This document shows positions 27,081 through 41,912 of a stretch of DNA of 64,000 bases, piece by piece. Position 1 is the stretch's first letter; every line of letters begins with the position of its first letter. The DNA lies in NCBI GenBank assembly GCA_012295275.1, contig CM022671.1, positions 29,946,001 to 30,010,000 on the forward strand, read 5' to 3'. This DNA is from Chrysomallon squamiferum (taxonomy: Eukaryota; Animalia; Mollusca). The notes beneath the pieces were generated by a model. It was not told the DNA's origin. It did not search any database and saw nothing but the letters and a program-made list of their open reading frames with translations. The translations under genes were made by a program, and so were the position numbers.

Positions 27081-27370
27081 AAAAAAAAAAAAAGTTAATT
27101 TATTTGGCATGTAGCTGAGAATTTTTTTTTTTTAATTTTTATATAAATTTTGGATTCTTTTTTTTTTTTTTTTAAAAAGAAGAGAAAAAGCCTCTCTTTT
27201 CTTTGGAGACTTTTCTAAAAAAAAATTAAAAAGGTTTTGGATTTTCTTTTTTTTTTTTTTTTGGAAATTTTCTTTTTGAATTCAACGTCTTCTTAAGAAT
27301 GGAGTTATGCACATTATTCGAGGGAATATACTGTTGACGTCTATACGCCTGGATTAATTTCGCTTCACAG
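26840..27370 (+). other. Candidate 5' leader exon(s) of Wnt5; 3' boundary at donor 27370, 5' boundary uncertain
   Basis: A perfect donor CAG|GTAAGT follows the GC island. The Wnt5 signal-peptide exon has a splice acceptor and so needs an upstream donor. A second donor GAG|GTGAGC (27039) and a weak acceptor TTCTTAAG (27297) may split this into two exons. The link to Wnt5 is inferred. Confidence 0.5.
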
Positions 27371-27888
27371 GTAAGTCTGAGAGAAATTCTTTCTCGTCGT
27401 ATTTTTCTTTTTTTTTTTTTTTTTTTTTTTTCTCTTTTTCTGATCGTAAAAAGCGCCTTCGTTTTGCTGTTTATGGTGTAGTATGCATTTATTCTGTACT
27501 ATACTTTACTCGCGTCTTTTGTGATTTAATGAAATAAGGTTGTTGCTGTTGTTATTGTTGGTTTTTTATTTCCTTCTTACAGTTTAGATTTTTGCCTTAA
27601 CAATATCGGGTGAAGCATAATTTTAGAAACCGTGTTGCCGATTGCATACGAACAAAACCTTTAGTGCTTTCGTGTATGGGTCGTAGTGGTTTTCTGTTGT
27701 TGTTGTTGTTGTTGTTATGTTGCTGGCATCGTGGTTGATGATGTTGCTGTATATAGCATTTGAAATCAGATCAGGCTTTATCGAGTTTGATAAGTTGTGA
27801 ATTATCATTTGTTTTGGGTAGTTAAAACAAAAGAAACGTTTAGCTTTAACAAAAATTTAAAAAACTTCGTTTTGATTATTATTTGTTT

Positions 27889-28020
<132 letters not shown>

Positions 28021-28293
28021 CACCACCACTGCTCCTTCTGTTGCTGCTTTTGCTACTTTGTTTAAATCCGGTTAAATACTCATATATGTGCAAATTTCAA
28101 TTCTATTTCATACTAAGAATATTTAGTACAAGAAGTCACTAATTATTCTTCAAAGAATAAAAAAAAAAAAAAATGCCGTCTTTATAAAAACTGAACAAAT
28201 CTTTAAGTTAATGATTATATCGAATACTGAATTTTAATTTTAATTATAATTATTATTATTGTTGTTATTATTGTTATCATTATTATTCGTAGT

Positions 28294-28353
<60 letters not shown>

Positions 28354-29288
28354 CGTAGTAGCAGCAGCAGCAGTAGTAGTAACATTAGAAGTAATATTTT
28401 CACTTTTTATAATTAGAAAAAATATAGTTTCTGCGGTTTTTATATTGGCGTCTTGATTTTGTTATCTATTCATTGAACATTAGTATATCGATACTTCGGT
28501 TTTTATTTATAATCTTTCCTATATCCCATTCCAAACCAGCGCTCATTATATGTACTTCCTAGTTAAGACTGACAACAAAGGGTTTCCTCACTGCGATTTC
28601 ATCATCTTAGATCATAACATTTAAATCTGATCATTATTTGTATGTACAAAACACTAAGGTTTCGTTACCCAAATTTCATTCATTCATTCATTTAAATATT
28701 TCATTTTATTCATTCGCTTCATTCATATGATTATTCATCACAATAACAATAACAAACCAACACATTAATATAATATAATACAATGCTAGCGCCATAAACT
28801 GATGACCTTAAACACATCTATATTGAAAATTAGCGAACATCAGTCGATAACGGGTCTGATTAGACCAAACCAAGCGATAAGGTTCGTAGGAAGGCGAAGT
28901 GGCGCTATCGTTTTACTCGTTAACGTCGTTACCTGTTGACACTACTGGACGTTAATGTCTCAGGTTTATCATTTATACGGTCGTGGTTATTTTATTAGGT
29001 GTCTGTGGTTTTATGACCTACTGAATTTTCAAAGCATATACACAGAGATACAGGCAGATAGATATTTAGGGAAGTAATATTCACAGGTTGTAGATTTTTT
29101 TTTTTTTTTTACTTTTTATTATTATTAATTTTTTTTTTTTTGGTCCTTGCTGATGGTGAGATATGTGCAAATGAAAGCACGCACATACACACATATACAC
29201 ATTCACACAGAAACATACACACTGAGATACATGCTCGTTCAGTAAAAAGTTGGTAGAAGGGATAGAAACGAAAAATATGGGATCGATG

Positions 29289-29378
<90 letters not shown>

Positions 29379-30577
29379 TCTGTGTTAATGATTTAGCGCG
29401 TACAAATAATACAAGACGATGGAACCAGGCTGTGTGAGAGAGAGAGTTTATGTAATACAGCTAATCCACGAGATTGCTCTGTGACTCAATAAGACCCGAG
29501 CCTTGTGACCCGCCATGCCCCAGCCCGTACGTATGTACACACTGCAGCACAGACAACAACGTGGTAAACTCGCCGTCGCCTCTGTCGGGCACGTCCGCGT
29601 GAAACAGATCTGCCATCTTGTCTTCCCACGTCGTTGCAAAGCCACTACTTCCACACACACGCTTTTTTCTCTCCGCTGAAACAAGAAACACAGTCTACCC
29701 ACCCCGCTTCTGTCACCTGACCTCGACAGCCCGATACCCGATCGACGGACCCGCGCTAAAATGACAGACAACACAGGTTCGCCTAAAATAAACCATTCAG
29801 TTTGTCTTACTGTTTGTTGTTGGCACAGGCGGGCTGAATTCTAATTCGCAGAACGAGGCACTACGCGAGTTACGTGCGTAACTGTATCGAACGCGATTTA
29901 AATTTATTCCCGGTCTGAGTTGAGAAATAAAAACTGTGATCATAAAACATTGCTTGATCTGAATTCTCCGTTACATTCCACGGCCGTCCTGTGACGACCC
30001 CAAGCAGTGAGATGTCAAAAAAAAATATTTGTATATTTATATCTGCTAGATCTTGACCTCTTTCTTGACTTGATTATTGCGTTTATTTGTTTATATTCTT
30101 AGTACTTACGTTTATATTTTATTTATGTATACGCATTTATATATTTATGAACGTATTATATTTATTACACGTTTGTGTGTGCGTTGGATCTGTGTGCGTG
30201 TATATGTGGGTGGTTATTAGAAAGAGGTAGGTACATATAAGCGTATGATATATACATATATAAATATATATGTGTGTGTATTTCTTAACTGCGCTTGTCC
30301 ACAGATGTAAAAAAACGATTTTTACCCAATGTTTTAATTGACAAATTTTCAAATGTATCTGTTTTTACAAGCAAACAACAGATTGTTATAACACGGGGAA
30401 AAAATAAAATAAAATAAAAAAAAAAAAAAAAATTAATAAAAAGTTAAAAAGAAAGAGAAGAAAATATTTTAATAGTTTATAATGACATGTAACAGATCTT
30501 TTGGCCTTTAGTTTTCTTTTTATTATTAATTTTTTTGTCTCGTTCATTTCTTCCTTTTTTATGGTAATAAACAATAA

Positions 30578-30609
<32 letters not shown>

Positions 30610-31406
30610 ACAATGAAAACAAAACAAAGATAAAAGAAAAGAAAAGAAATAGCAACATAAAAAGACAGAGAGAGAGGTATGAAAGAAGAGAGAGAAAAAG
30701 AAACTATAAGACAGAAAAACTCTTTTTGAAAAAAAATCCCTGATATCAGCCTCGTTTTCAGACACGTTATTGTATATTTTTAAACACAATTCGACCTACC
30801 ACTGCGTTCTGCTGGTCGTAAACACATAGTAATGTAATTTAAATTAAAACCGCAGACTGGATACGGGTATTGGTAGCAACAGGTGAAAAAATTCCGCCAG
30901 TAGTAATTACGGCAAACTGATTGCCAATATCTGTTTTTTAAACCCCATTTGTTCAGTGTAGCGCCAGCGATTACTCGCTATGCTGGTATTATGTGGGTTT
31001 AATATTATATGTTAGTCATGCCTCTGCCAAGCTTATTTCAGTTCCCTTAACGCTGTTTGGCTGATGTATTTTTAATGTATGTATGCATATACGTGTGCAT
31101 GCATGTGTGCATATACATGTGTGTATGTATGTACGTACGTGTGTGCGTGTATGTATGCATGTACGTATGTATGTGTATATGTTTGTGTATATGTATGTGT
31201 GTGTGTATGTATAGTGTATGTATGTAGTATGTATGTACATGTATGTATGTGTATGCAATTGCATGTAAGTATATATATGTGTGTGGGGGTATATGTCTGT
31301 GTGTGAGTGTGTGTCTTATAATTATGCATCTACGTATATATATGTATGCTTGCAACAGTTTCTGAATACATTATTATTCTTGTAATTGTTGTTGTTGTTA
31401 TTGTTC

Positions 31407-31440
<34 letters not shown>

Positions 31441-33928
31441 CATTGTTGTTGTTGTTGTTGTTATTGTTACCGTTATTGTTATTCTTGTTATAATAATAAT
31501 AATAATAATAATAATGAATACATTTCTTCAACTGCACGTTAAAAAAAATATATAAAAAAAATAAAATAAAATAAAAAATCGCTGTTCGAACTATCCAGCT
31601 TGTTCTTTTCTCACAGCGAATCACATTTTCCCACCAGCTCAGAGGGATCAAAGAGTTTTAGACAATCGTCCATTTCATCTCGTTTATTCAAGAACAGACT
31701 TGTCCTTATAGTTCTAACAGTGAAAGCTATATCAATAAATAAGAATGTTGCTGTTTCGTTACACCCTCTGCCTGTGAGAAGCGGGTATCACTGCTGGGTA
31801 TACTGCCTTGAGTAGCACCAGCAGATTTAAGTGTTGTGTTTGGCCAGCGTTGGACGAGGATTATAGGACAAAGGACCATGCGGTGTTAACTTATAACTGA
31901 TATTAAACATTTATTAAGATTTGATTGAGTTCTTTCACCGTTCCTAAGAAATGTTGCACAGTACGTACGAGTTGGTGGTTATTTATTTATACGTTTTGTG
32001 TTGTGCGTGTGCCTTGCGTGTTTCATTGCGTACTCTGTGCAAGTAATTTCTTTCTTTTTTTTTAAACAGATACGCATTACATTTATAGGCATGTAAAAAA
32101 AATGTGTGCGTGTGCGTGCGTGCGTCTGTGTATGATAATGGATGGTGGACGAACGTATGTAAGTATGTTAGTATGTATGTGTATATTAAAATTGCTCAGT
32201 ACAAATGACGCAGTTGTAGAAGTAAACATCAGAAGACGTTATAAGCTGATGGGAAATACGCTGCCAAGACAAGTGTGGAAAGAAAAAAAAAAAAAAAAAA
32301 GAACGAGATTTACTGATTTATTGATTGGTGGATTAGTTAACAGCTTGATTTCCTGACGATTTGTTGATCGATTAGTAGTTTGTTTGCTTGGGTGATTAGC
32401 TGGTTGACTGACTACTTGATTGATTGATTGATTGATTGATTTCTCAACTGATCGATCGACTGGTAGTTTTATTGGTCATCTAACAGACCATTAATTAATA
32501 GACTGATTCTCTGTAACTGACTACGAGACAATTTGATTTAAAAAAACACAGCGTTTGTTTTACATCAGCTCAGAGATTGTGTTTCAAGAGGCTGGGTTTT
32601 TTTCATTATTTATTTATTTTATTTTAGAATTATTCAAATTTCCATAACTGAAATAGCCGAGGGTTCATTTTTTCTCCATTTTGCTTCATAAAGCGATTTA
32701 TCATTCTGGCAGGGAGACACACACTGCGACGCATGATGGCGATTATTCCGCCTATAAAAAAGGAAAAAAGAAAAAAAATCATTCAGCGTTCATAATTCCA
32801 TAGCTGTCTGCCATTAGCATGCGGCCATATTAAAAATCGTTTACAGCAGAAATGTCGTTGACGATGTCATGAGCGAGGGATCATTAAAAACGATTTACCC
32901 GTTGACGTAGTCATCCGTGAGGACGTTTCTTGATTCAGAAAGTGACGTGCCTCACACACACACACACACAGTACCCAAGACCCCCAAACCAGGTTTTGTC
33001 CTCGCTCTATTCACCGGAAAACACATTATGTTCAAATCGGGCGTTTTAAGATCATAAGCTAGAGCCTTTTATGTTTGTTTGTTTTGTTCCTATTTTTCCT
33101 TTTTTTTCACAGGATGACGTTTTGCTTTAACACCGGCGTAATGTTTTATACTGTACACCGATGTGAACGAAAGGTAACAATTCTCAGAGGCGGTCTTCCA
33201 TAAGGGGACGTAATCCCAGTAAAGAATAAAATATTTTACTGACGGGAATCTGCATAGTTTTATCCAATATTTGTGCTCCGTAATGCATCTGGAAGGAATA
33301 TTTAGAAAAGTTTCTATTTTCAGAAGCCAGCCTGTTCCCGCACCTTTTTTTTTTTTTTTTTTTTTTTTCTCTCCGATTTGTAACTGTCCTAATTCTTCTG
33401 CAGAAATTTTTGATTTATCTAATGCATTTTTCATTACAAGCTGTCTGCTCTGTTACAAGGTAACTTATCTACCAACGCTACCCCTACTTTCCTCCGCTTT
33501 TTAACCGCCCTAATTTTTATCGCGGAGTGACATTCGACTAATGTGTTTTTCATTGCCAGTCGTACCAACATGACAGGCACGCCCGTGATTCACGTATTAT
33601 TAACAGAAAACACCCGTATTAAAATAACTGAATGCAGAACGCGATTATTACATAACGTGTTGAGATACCGGCTTTGTCTGTGGGGCTAAACACTTTCACA
33701 TCTGTGTGTGCGTCTGCGGTTTGTAACGTGTTTGTGTACGCTATAGGCCGAGGTGCATCTGGGCTGAAATTTAGTTCAGTCGATAATAAAATAAAATGTT
33801 CTGTTACCCTTAGATAAAACTTCGTTACATAATTGTTGTTGTTGTTGTTATTATTATTTAAAGAATTATCTCCATGAAATTAGCACTTTCTTCCCTAAAA
33901 ATAATAATTTAAAAATAATTAAAAACCC

Positions 33929-33979
<51 letters not shown>

Positions 33980-34109
33980 AATAAAAAAAAATACTAAATA
34001 AATAAATAAATAAATAAAATATATATTTTGATATATATGAATAACAGGCATAATTAAATATTATTTTAGGTAAAAGAATAAAAAAATATACGAATTCAGT
34101 TCAGTTTAC

Positions 34110-34168
<59 letters not shown>

Positions 34169-34376
34169 GGCCTTAAATGAAAAAGACAAGAAAAAAAAAG
34201 GCTAAATACGATCATCACACTGTAAAATACAATCGTTTCGTTCTCTAACAGTTCTTATAATTTTCTTAAGTAACTAAAGTGTTAAAGCGAATAGAGGGTC
34301 TAATAAAACTATTTATACTTGCAAGTTATTACTTTATTTGTTAGGCTGACATAATAATAATAACAGCAATAATAAC

Positions 34377-34408
<32 letters not shown>

Positions 34409-34427
34409 TAATAACAACAACAACAAC

Positions 34428-34461
<34 letters not shown>

Positions 34462-35573
34462 TGATTAAAAATCATTTGATAGTGTGCATAATATAATTAG
34501 TTTTTCTTAGTAGCATGAAAGGTGCACTTTAAATATACATTTAAAAAAAAAAAAAAAACCCTCTAAAATCCAGAATTATTTGTTTGAAATACAATAGATT
34601 TTTAAAATGATTTGAAGTGCCGTTAAAATAAATCATCTTCTTGAGAATGCCTTCTTAGATAACTCATTACTAAAACAAAAACATCATCATCATCAACAAC
34701 ACTATTCTCCAACTGTTACTACCGGTTCTGTTACTACTGTCCCAAACACTACTACTATTGTTGCTACTGCTACCCATTAATTCTATTACCCCTACCACTA
34801 CTTCTCCTACCACAACTAGCCGTGTCGACCATTACTGCTACTGCTACTACTATTGCCACTATCATCTTCATCATCATCATCATCATCATCATCGTCATAA
34901 AAAATCTTACACATAATTTTAATTAATATTATTAAATAGGTATGCATATTTCAATGGAAAAATAAAAACAATATATATATATATATATATATAATTTTAA
35001 ATTCACCCCTCCAAGTAGCTTCTGGTGCTGCCCCTGGCGGAATTTTAACTTTCTTTCCTGTTCGAGTTGACGAGACTTGCGTTAATCCCGCTGCTAGTAA
35101 AGTGCTGATACAAACACGACGGTTTACCTGAATGGGACACCTTTGATGTTTTATAGTAAGACAATACACATGTCGGCACAGAAAAACGCTCGTCAGAGAC
35201 GTCACTGAAGCGAAGAAAAATCATCAAAGCTTTCACCTGTCATAACTTGTTTCAAATGTCGCAGTAATATCTACGGTAACAAATGAAGCGTTGACGTAGC
35301 GTCACTTTTTAATACTCGCAATAAAGTAGCAAAATAAAGAGAAGGAATGCAGACTGTGGAAAATAAAAAAAATAAAAATAATAATAAATTTTTTTTTTAT
35401 TGATAAAATCATTTATATTTCGTTGGATATTCGCCAGTTGTACTTGAGTTAACTTTTCAATTCATTTAAGTGTGTGTAATAAGTGAATAAGGTGTGAGAT
35501 TACATTCTCGTTTCTTTCTCTGTTATATTTAATTTTTTTTTTTTTTTTTATTTCCTTTCTAGTTCTTTCGGGG

Positions 35574-35609
<36 letters not shown>

Positions 35610-35763
35610 TCTTGTTATTATTAATTTTTATTTATGTTTTCTTTTCATTTGTCTGTTGTTTTTTTTTTTGTTTTTTTTGCATTTCTGGTTTTTAATTTCT
35701 CTTTACTAATATTTACTTTCAATTTTAATTAATTAATTTTTTTTTTTTTTATTTATTTATTTA

Positions 35764-35825
<62 letters not shown>

Positions 35826-35899
35826 TTTTTTAATTTTCGATTTTTAAATTATTTGTGTATGTGTTTGTGCGTGTGTATGTGTGTGAGGCTATGTGTGTG

Positions 35900-35932
<33 letters not shown>

Positions 35933-36172
35933 ACGTATGTTAGTATGTTAGAAAGAGGAGCACGAGGTGGATGGAACGATGTTAAGATAGAGTTCATTAC
36001 GCTTACACCTATTCCGACAGTCTTATGTTAATAACCGATCTATTTTCCTTTGTTGTTTACATTTGTCAAACAGTTTTTTAAGTGGAGAACTAGAGTAAGT
36101 AACAATAGAAAGAAATGTACCCGTTTTCCATATTACCGCTTAACAATTTAAGACATTCAATATCCACCTTCC

Positions 36173-36204
<32 letters not shown>

Positions 36205-37196
36205 CTCTCCCGGGCGCATGACGGCAGAGGTCTCTCTAATTACCGTCAAACGAGTAGTGAACAGAATTTTACCAGCGTGAATCTGTGTGTTGGTTGTCAT
36301 TCATTGCTGTTGCTGTTTCAAAATGACTGACAGTTTAGTGTCACAGTTGTTTTTTTGTGAGTTTTTATTTTTTATTTTTTATTTTTTTTCTTTTTTTTTT
36401 CCATGGGAACACAATAGATTGTCTACGCCATTTTTGTTTTCATCATTCTAGTCATTGTGTAAAAAGTAAACATTAGAAACACACAAAAAAAAAAAAAAAA
36501 AAAAAAAAAACGAAACAAAACCCCCACAAATGAATATAGATATCAGTGTTTTGCGACTTACATTATGAAAGAGAAATAATATAGGTTAAAAAAAAAAATC
36601 AAGAAAAATAAAAAATTGTGCTCTGTTCAAAATGTCGTCTGTTCTGCTGAAAACGTCGTGTGTTCTTTTCACACTGTCGTCTGCCTTCAGACGTGGACGG
36701 AGCACAGATGTGTCCTGCTAGTGTCTCTAAGCACATCATCTGCTTCGGTGATCCCATTTGTGGAATTCTCATCAGAAACGCTCCGGAGTGTCCGTGAAGC
36801 TAATGGTGTCATTTATATTAGCCTCATTAGGTCGGAACTGGGTGCTTGTTAACTGACAGTTGTTGTTTGGCAAAACAGAGGGCAAACTGCTTTTGTGGCT
36901 TGGCCGCTTATGCCATGATTGAAAATCCGGCCGCTTACGCGATGGTCGCAGCGACAGATGAAAAGACCGGCTCTGCAATAACATTAATTACTCGCTTGAT
37001 AGGAGGATAACGACGTCGCTTAACTTAACATCAACACTGAATCTGTGGAAGTTTTAGCTTCTGAATGTCCAAATTGCTTTTAATAAACTGTTACCGAAAC
37101 CGGAATGACAAGACCTGAAAGGTAATTAAGGTTCGAAATTAATTGTTTTGCGGGAGCGTAATTTTTCTTTCGACTTTTAAAATTCATTCTTTCTTT

Positions 37197-37234
<38 letters not shown>

Positions 37235-37903
37235 GACTGGAGTAATAACTTTTCAGTTCAGTAATTTATCGTTTTAGAGATCTAAAAACTGATAGGCTGA
37301 CAGATTTTAAGCTATAAAACGAAGACTCATTATAGATATTATTACCTGAGTTACCTGCAATGAATCTTTCACAATTAAAACGTCACATACATAACAGTTA
37401 TTCACGAATTTATTATGTTTCGCAGATTTTTATCTGCATGTAATTTCTTTAACTTCATTGAAAATAAGCTATATCTGTTCTTTGATATTATTGTTTCAGT
37501 ATCCATTCTATAAAAGCTCTCTCTCTCTCTCTCGCCATGGTAACTTATAAGAAACCTGAATTATTATGTAAACCAAACATTTTTGCTATTATAAAACAGC
37601 ACCTGTTCATAGCAACCTAAATAAAATCATAAACCAAATCTAAGCTGGAAGACGCCTCTTTCAGAAATTATTCAGATACGACTGCAGCGCTTTTTATTTT
37701 ATTTTTATAAGACGTACTTTAAATAAAGACGAGAACTGTATCAATCATTCTGCTTTCTGTGTTTTCTGTTTTACAAATTATGCTGCATCACTTACGTGCT
37801 GGGGGTGAGTGGGTGGGAATCAGATGGGCGTGGCCGTGCCCATCACCCGCTTGTAGAGATGTTCTTCGTCGCTAAACAACCCCGTCTGGCCTAGAATGAG
37901 AAC

Positions 37904-37947
<44 letters not shown>

Positions 37948-38499
37948 CTTGGGACAGTTTTCGCCCATGTGGAAAATTACCCGTCACATTAGTGTACGCG
38001 CGGTGTCTCCAAGTGACAGGCGCTTGTTAAGAGTCTGGCTAGCATCAAGGCAAATGTGCGATAGCGTACATGGATTGGGGAACAACGGCATGGAAATCAT
38101 TTTTATGATCTAGACAAACTGTTTATTACTTTGTGAAGTGCTTTCCAAATTAGATATAACAGATTCATCATTATCTTTATCATGATGATGATGATGATGA
38201 TTATCATCATCATCATCGTCTTCATCATCTTCTTCTTCTTCATTATCACCAATATCATAATTTTTTTTTCTTCTTCATTTTCTTCATGATAGTGAAATCG
38301 GTGTTATAATATTCAGATTTTATATTTATAGCATATGGAATAACTGCTATTTCGTACTTTCGTACTTTCGTACTTTCGTCTTTTTTTTAAATTTCTAAAA
38401 ATATTTAGTATTACATTTTATAAATCAGTAAGTGATATTAATAATCTATCATGAAACTATGTTTATTATTAAAGCACTTTTCCAAATACTTCGAGATTG

Positions 38500-38531
<32 letters not shown>

Positions 38532-39342
38532 AATCAAATAAAAGCATGAAGGAAATACTTTTTAGATAATATTATTACAACGGAACAACCCGATGTTCAA
38601 TCATTCCAAATGATTAAGGGAAATAACTCTAATTAAACGGGGGAAATAACTCCCTTGATATCTTTAAATCTTCTAATTACTTTCTGTGGATGAAATTTTC
38701 CAAAGGATATTGTTTTCTGAAACAGGGTTAAAAAGGAAGAAAGACAGCCAGCCAAAAAAAAAAAAAAAAAAAAAAAAGACCGAGCACAGAGACAGACAGC
38801 CAGCTAACGAGTGATTACGAAAAGCTCGCGAGGACGTAACATGACAGGTGCTGGTCGATATTGACCTCCAACCAGGAAAAAAGCAATTACCTCGGAGAGC
38901 CCCAAAACACTGACATAGATGATATCAGACTTGTTTGTGACTAACTGGGGAAAAAAAAAAAAAAAAAAAAAAAAAAGAGTGGAAATGAATAGTTCATTCT
39001 TTAATTCTAAAGAATTTAAAAAAAAAAAAAAATTTCGTTACATTGTGATATTTTGTTTTGTCCGACTTTCTCAGTTTGTCTCTGCCTGCCTGCCTGTCTG
39101 TCCGTCCGTCCGTCCGTCCGTCCGTCTGTCTGTCTGTCTGTCTGTCTGTCTCTGATTCAAGTTAAATGATAGAAAATATTGTCTGTTACTTTATTTTCAA
39201 GATATCGTTGTTGTTGTTATTTAGTGGGATTTAAAAAAAAAAAAAAAAAAATGTGTAACCTATCTATTGGATTGCTTTGAAATGTTATTTATTTCTTTCG
39301 TTTAATTTTATTTATTCAAATATGCTATCATTTAATTACTAA

Positions 39343-39373
<31 letters not shown>

Positions 39374-39376
39374 TTC

Positions 39377-39415
<39 letters not shown>

Positions 39416-40753
39416 CTTTTTAAATACGTTTCTGCCTATACATTTTCTGCTCCTTATTTACCTATCAATATCGTTTCTATCAAATGCTCCATAGTGACGC
39501 TTGGTGTCAAGCTCTCGAGCGCAAACACAAATTGTATAACATCCCAGCAAACTGGCAGCTAGTCGTGCTAAACGTTAGAGCCTAGCACGCTTATGAAGCT
39601 GTCTTCCCTATTCGCAAATACAAAAACTTTGTTTTCAAATTACAGTGTTGCTTGAATACAAATAAGTTAAGTCTTGGAGTTCACTTTTACGTCACAAATT
39701 GGGCAATTTTTACGTCATAGCATTCGCATGGACTATTGTAACGTTAGCGCATCTCATTATATAAATAAAAGGCGCCAAGTTGTAAAACTGAAGAAATATT
39801 TAGCTATCATTTTTTAAATAGATTGGATATAAATAAATAAATAAATAAATAAATGCTACTATTACTATTATATTACTAGCGCCTTCTCTAACTCCTACTA
39901 TGAAACAAAAATATTTATGTATATGTTTAAATAATGAAAATAAGGATAAGGTTATGACTGAGTTATAAATTAAATTTAAAAAGATGTTTTAAAACACAAT
40001 TCCGACCACGTTTAGCGCCAAAAAAAAAAAAAAAAATGAAAAAAAAAAAATGAAAAAAAATTTCAGCGATCATATTGTTGATATCTAAAACAATAAATTT
40101 TAAAATTTTAAAATTTTAAAATTTTAAAATTAAAAATTGAAATGTATGTAGTAGTAATTGACCGTGTTCAGGATGCATATGATAATGATGGAAAAATGAT
40201 AAAAATTATTGTGACATTTTATAATGACCAGCATAATTTCCGTTGTTATAGTCGGTAAGCATGTTAGTGTCTCTGTGTGTGTATGTATGTGTGTGTGTGA
40301 GTGTGTGAGTGTGCATATGTCTGTATTTATTTATGTATACATGCATTTAAATATGCATATTATAGTTTATTCGCATCATGTGCATTTTATTAATTGCTGT
40401 TTGAATTCTGTTTCACTGTTTGCTAATGTACTTTGTTAGATTATGTTGCATATACGTTTTACGAATATTATTTTATGGTTTCACTAACTGAAATCCGATT
40501 CATTTTAAAACAGTTTAATGAAGTTAAAATTGAAATTAAATTTAGTTTTATTATCGTAATGATTTGTATTTAAAGTCCGTCTGATTTCTGTCTCTCTCTG
40601 TGTGTTCTATGTCTCTCTGCCTTTATGTATCTGTCTGTATGCCTGAATAGATAAACATAATAACTGATACAAATATAAATTCTTATGTCTTGTGCAAATA
40701 TGAATATAATTATTTAAGAACAAAAATATATTTATAATAAAAATAAAAACAAA

Positions 40754-40821
<68 letters not shown>

Positions 40822-41668
40822 GACAGACAAACAAAACATAACAAAAAGTAAAAAAGAAAACAAACTGAAGGAACGCCATTTTTTCCCCTCTGTTCTCAGT
40901 ACGTTTTGACGGAAGTTTCTCAGTCGCCATTTTATTATCAGCACATTTGTGACTGGCGCGTTTGCTCCGAGACGTATCGAAGGTGTGGTTACGTTCGGTC
41001 TAAAGTAATACAACCGCCTCGGGGTCCGTGCGTCCGTCCGTTCCCAAGACATTTTCAGTGATTTATAAACTCGAAGGATCCATAAAGTTTCAACATGCCG
41101 CAGGCCTAACCACTTGTATGTGGAGGTCATATATTTGCGATCAGTTTCATCAGCACTTTTACTATTAAATTTTGATTATCCGATAAAAAAATAAAAAAAA
41201 AAAAAAAAAAGTCTCCAGCCGTACTGGACAAGAAGAACATTAAAAACAAAAAATTCAGTTTTGTCTTTTAAAAATGATGGTTTTGGTATGGGTGAATATT
41301 CAGTTCGTTTATTTAGCTCTCTGTCTCTTCCTGTCTTCTCCTTGTCTCTTTTCCCCACCACGTTCAGTTCTGATGTATCGATAGACCAGAAACTTCCCCT
41401 CCCGCTTTCTATTTGTGCATCTATCAAATATCCCGTTCCGCCCATACATCCGTTTCTGTATCTACTAGTATTTATGAGTATGTTTTTTTAACCAAACAGA
41501 CACAGAGAAAAATAAAACATAGCGCATGCTCATATTTAGCTGTTTACCTATTTCCTGTTCCGGTTACTGCTTATCTGTGTACGTTAGTTGCATGTAAACG
41601 ATTCTAACTGTTCAGTCGTAGATAATAAAATATGTTCAGAATTTCTTTTTATATGCATTGAAACATGT

Positions 41669-41741
<73 letters not shown>

Positions 41742-41742
41742 C

Positions 41743-41797
<55 letters not shown>

Positions 41798-41875
41798 TAC
41801 ACACCAGCAGGCACACACATATACATACGTTCACGCGCACACACTTATATATCTCAGTGCATAATATATTCACAA

Positions 41876-41912
<37 letters not shown>

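Noticed and set aside
27335-27337. Selenocysteine or A-to-I recoding of the leader UGA (Cys-UGA)
   Set aside because: A SECIS cannot be assessed because the 3' UTR is outside the window, and a 5' G neighbour disfavours ADAR editing. Kept only as generic readthrough in the main finding.
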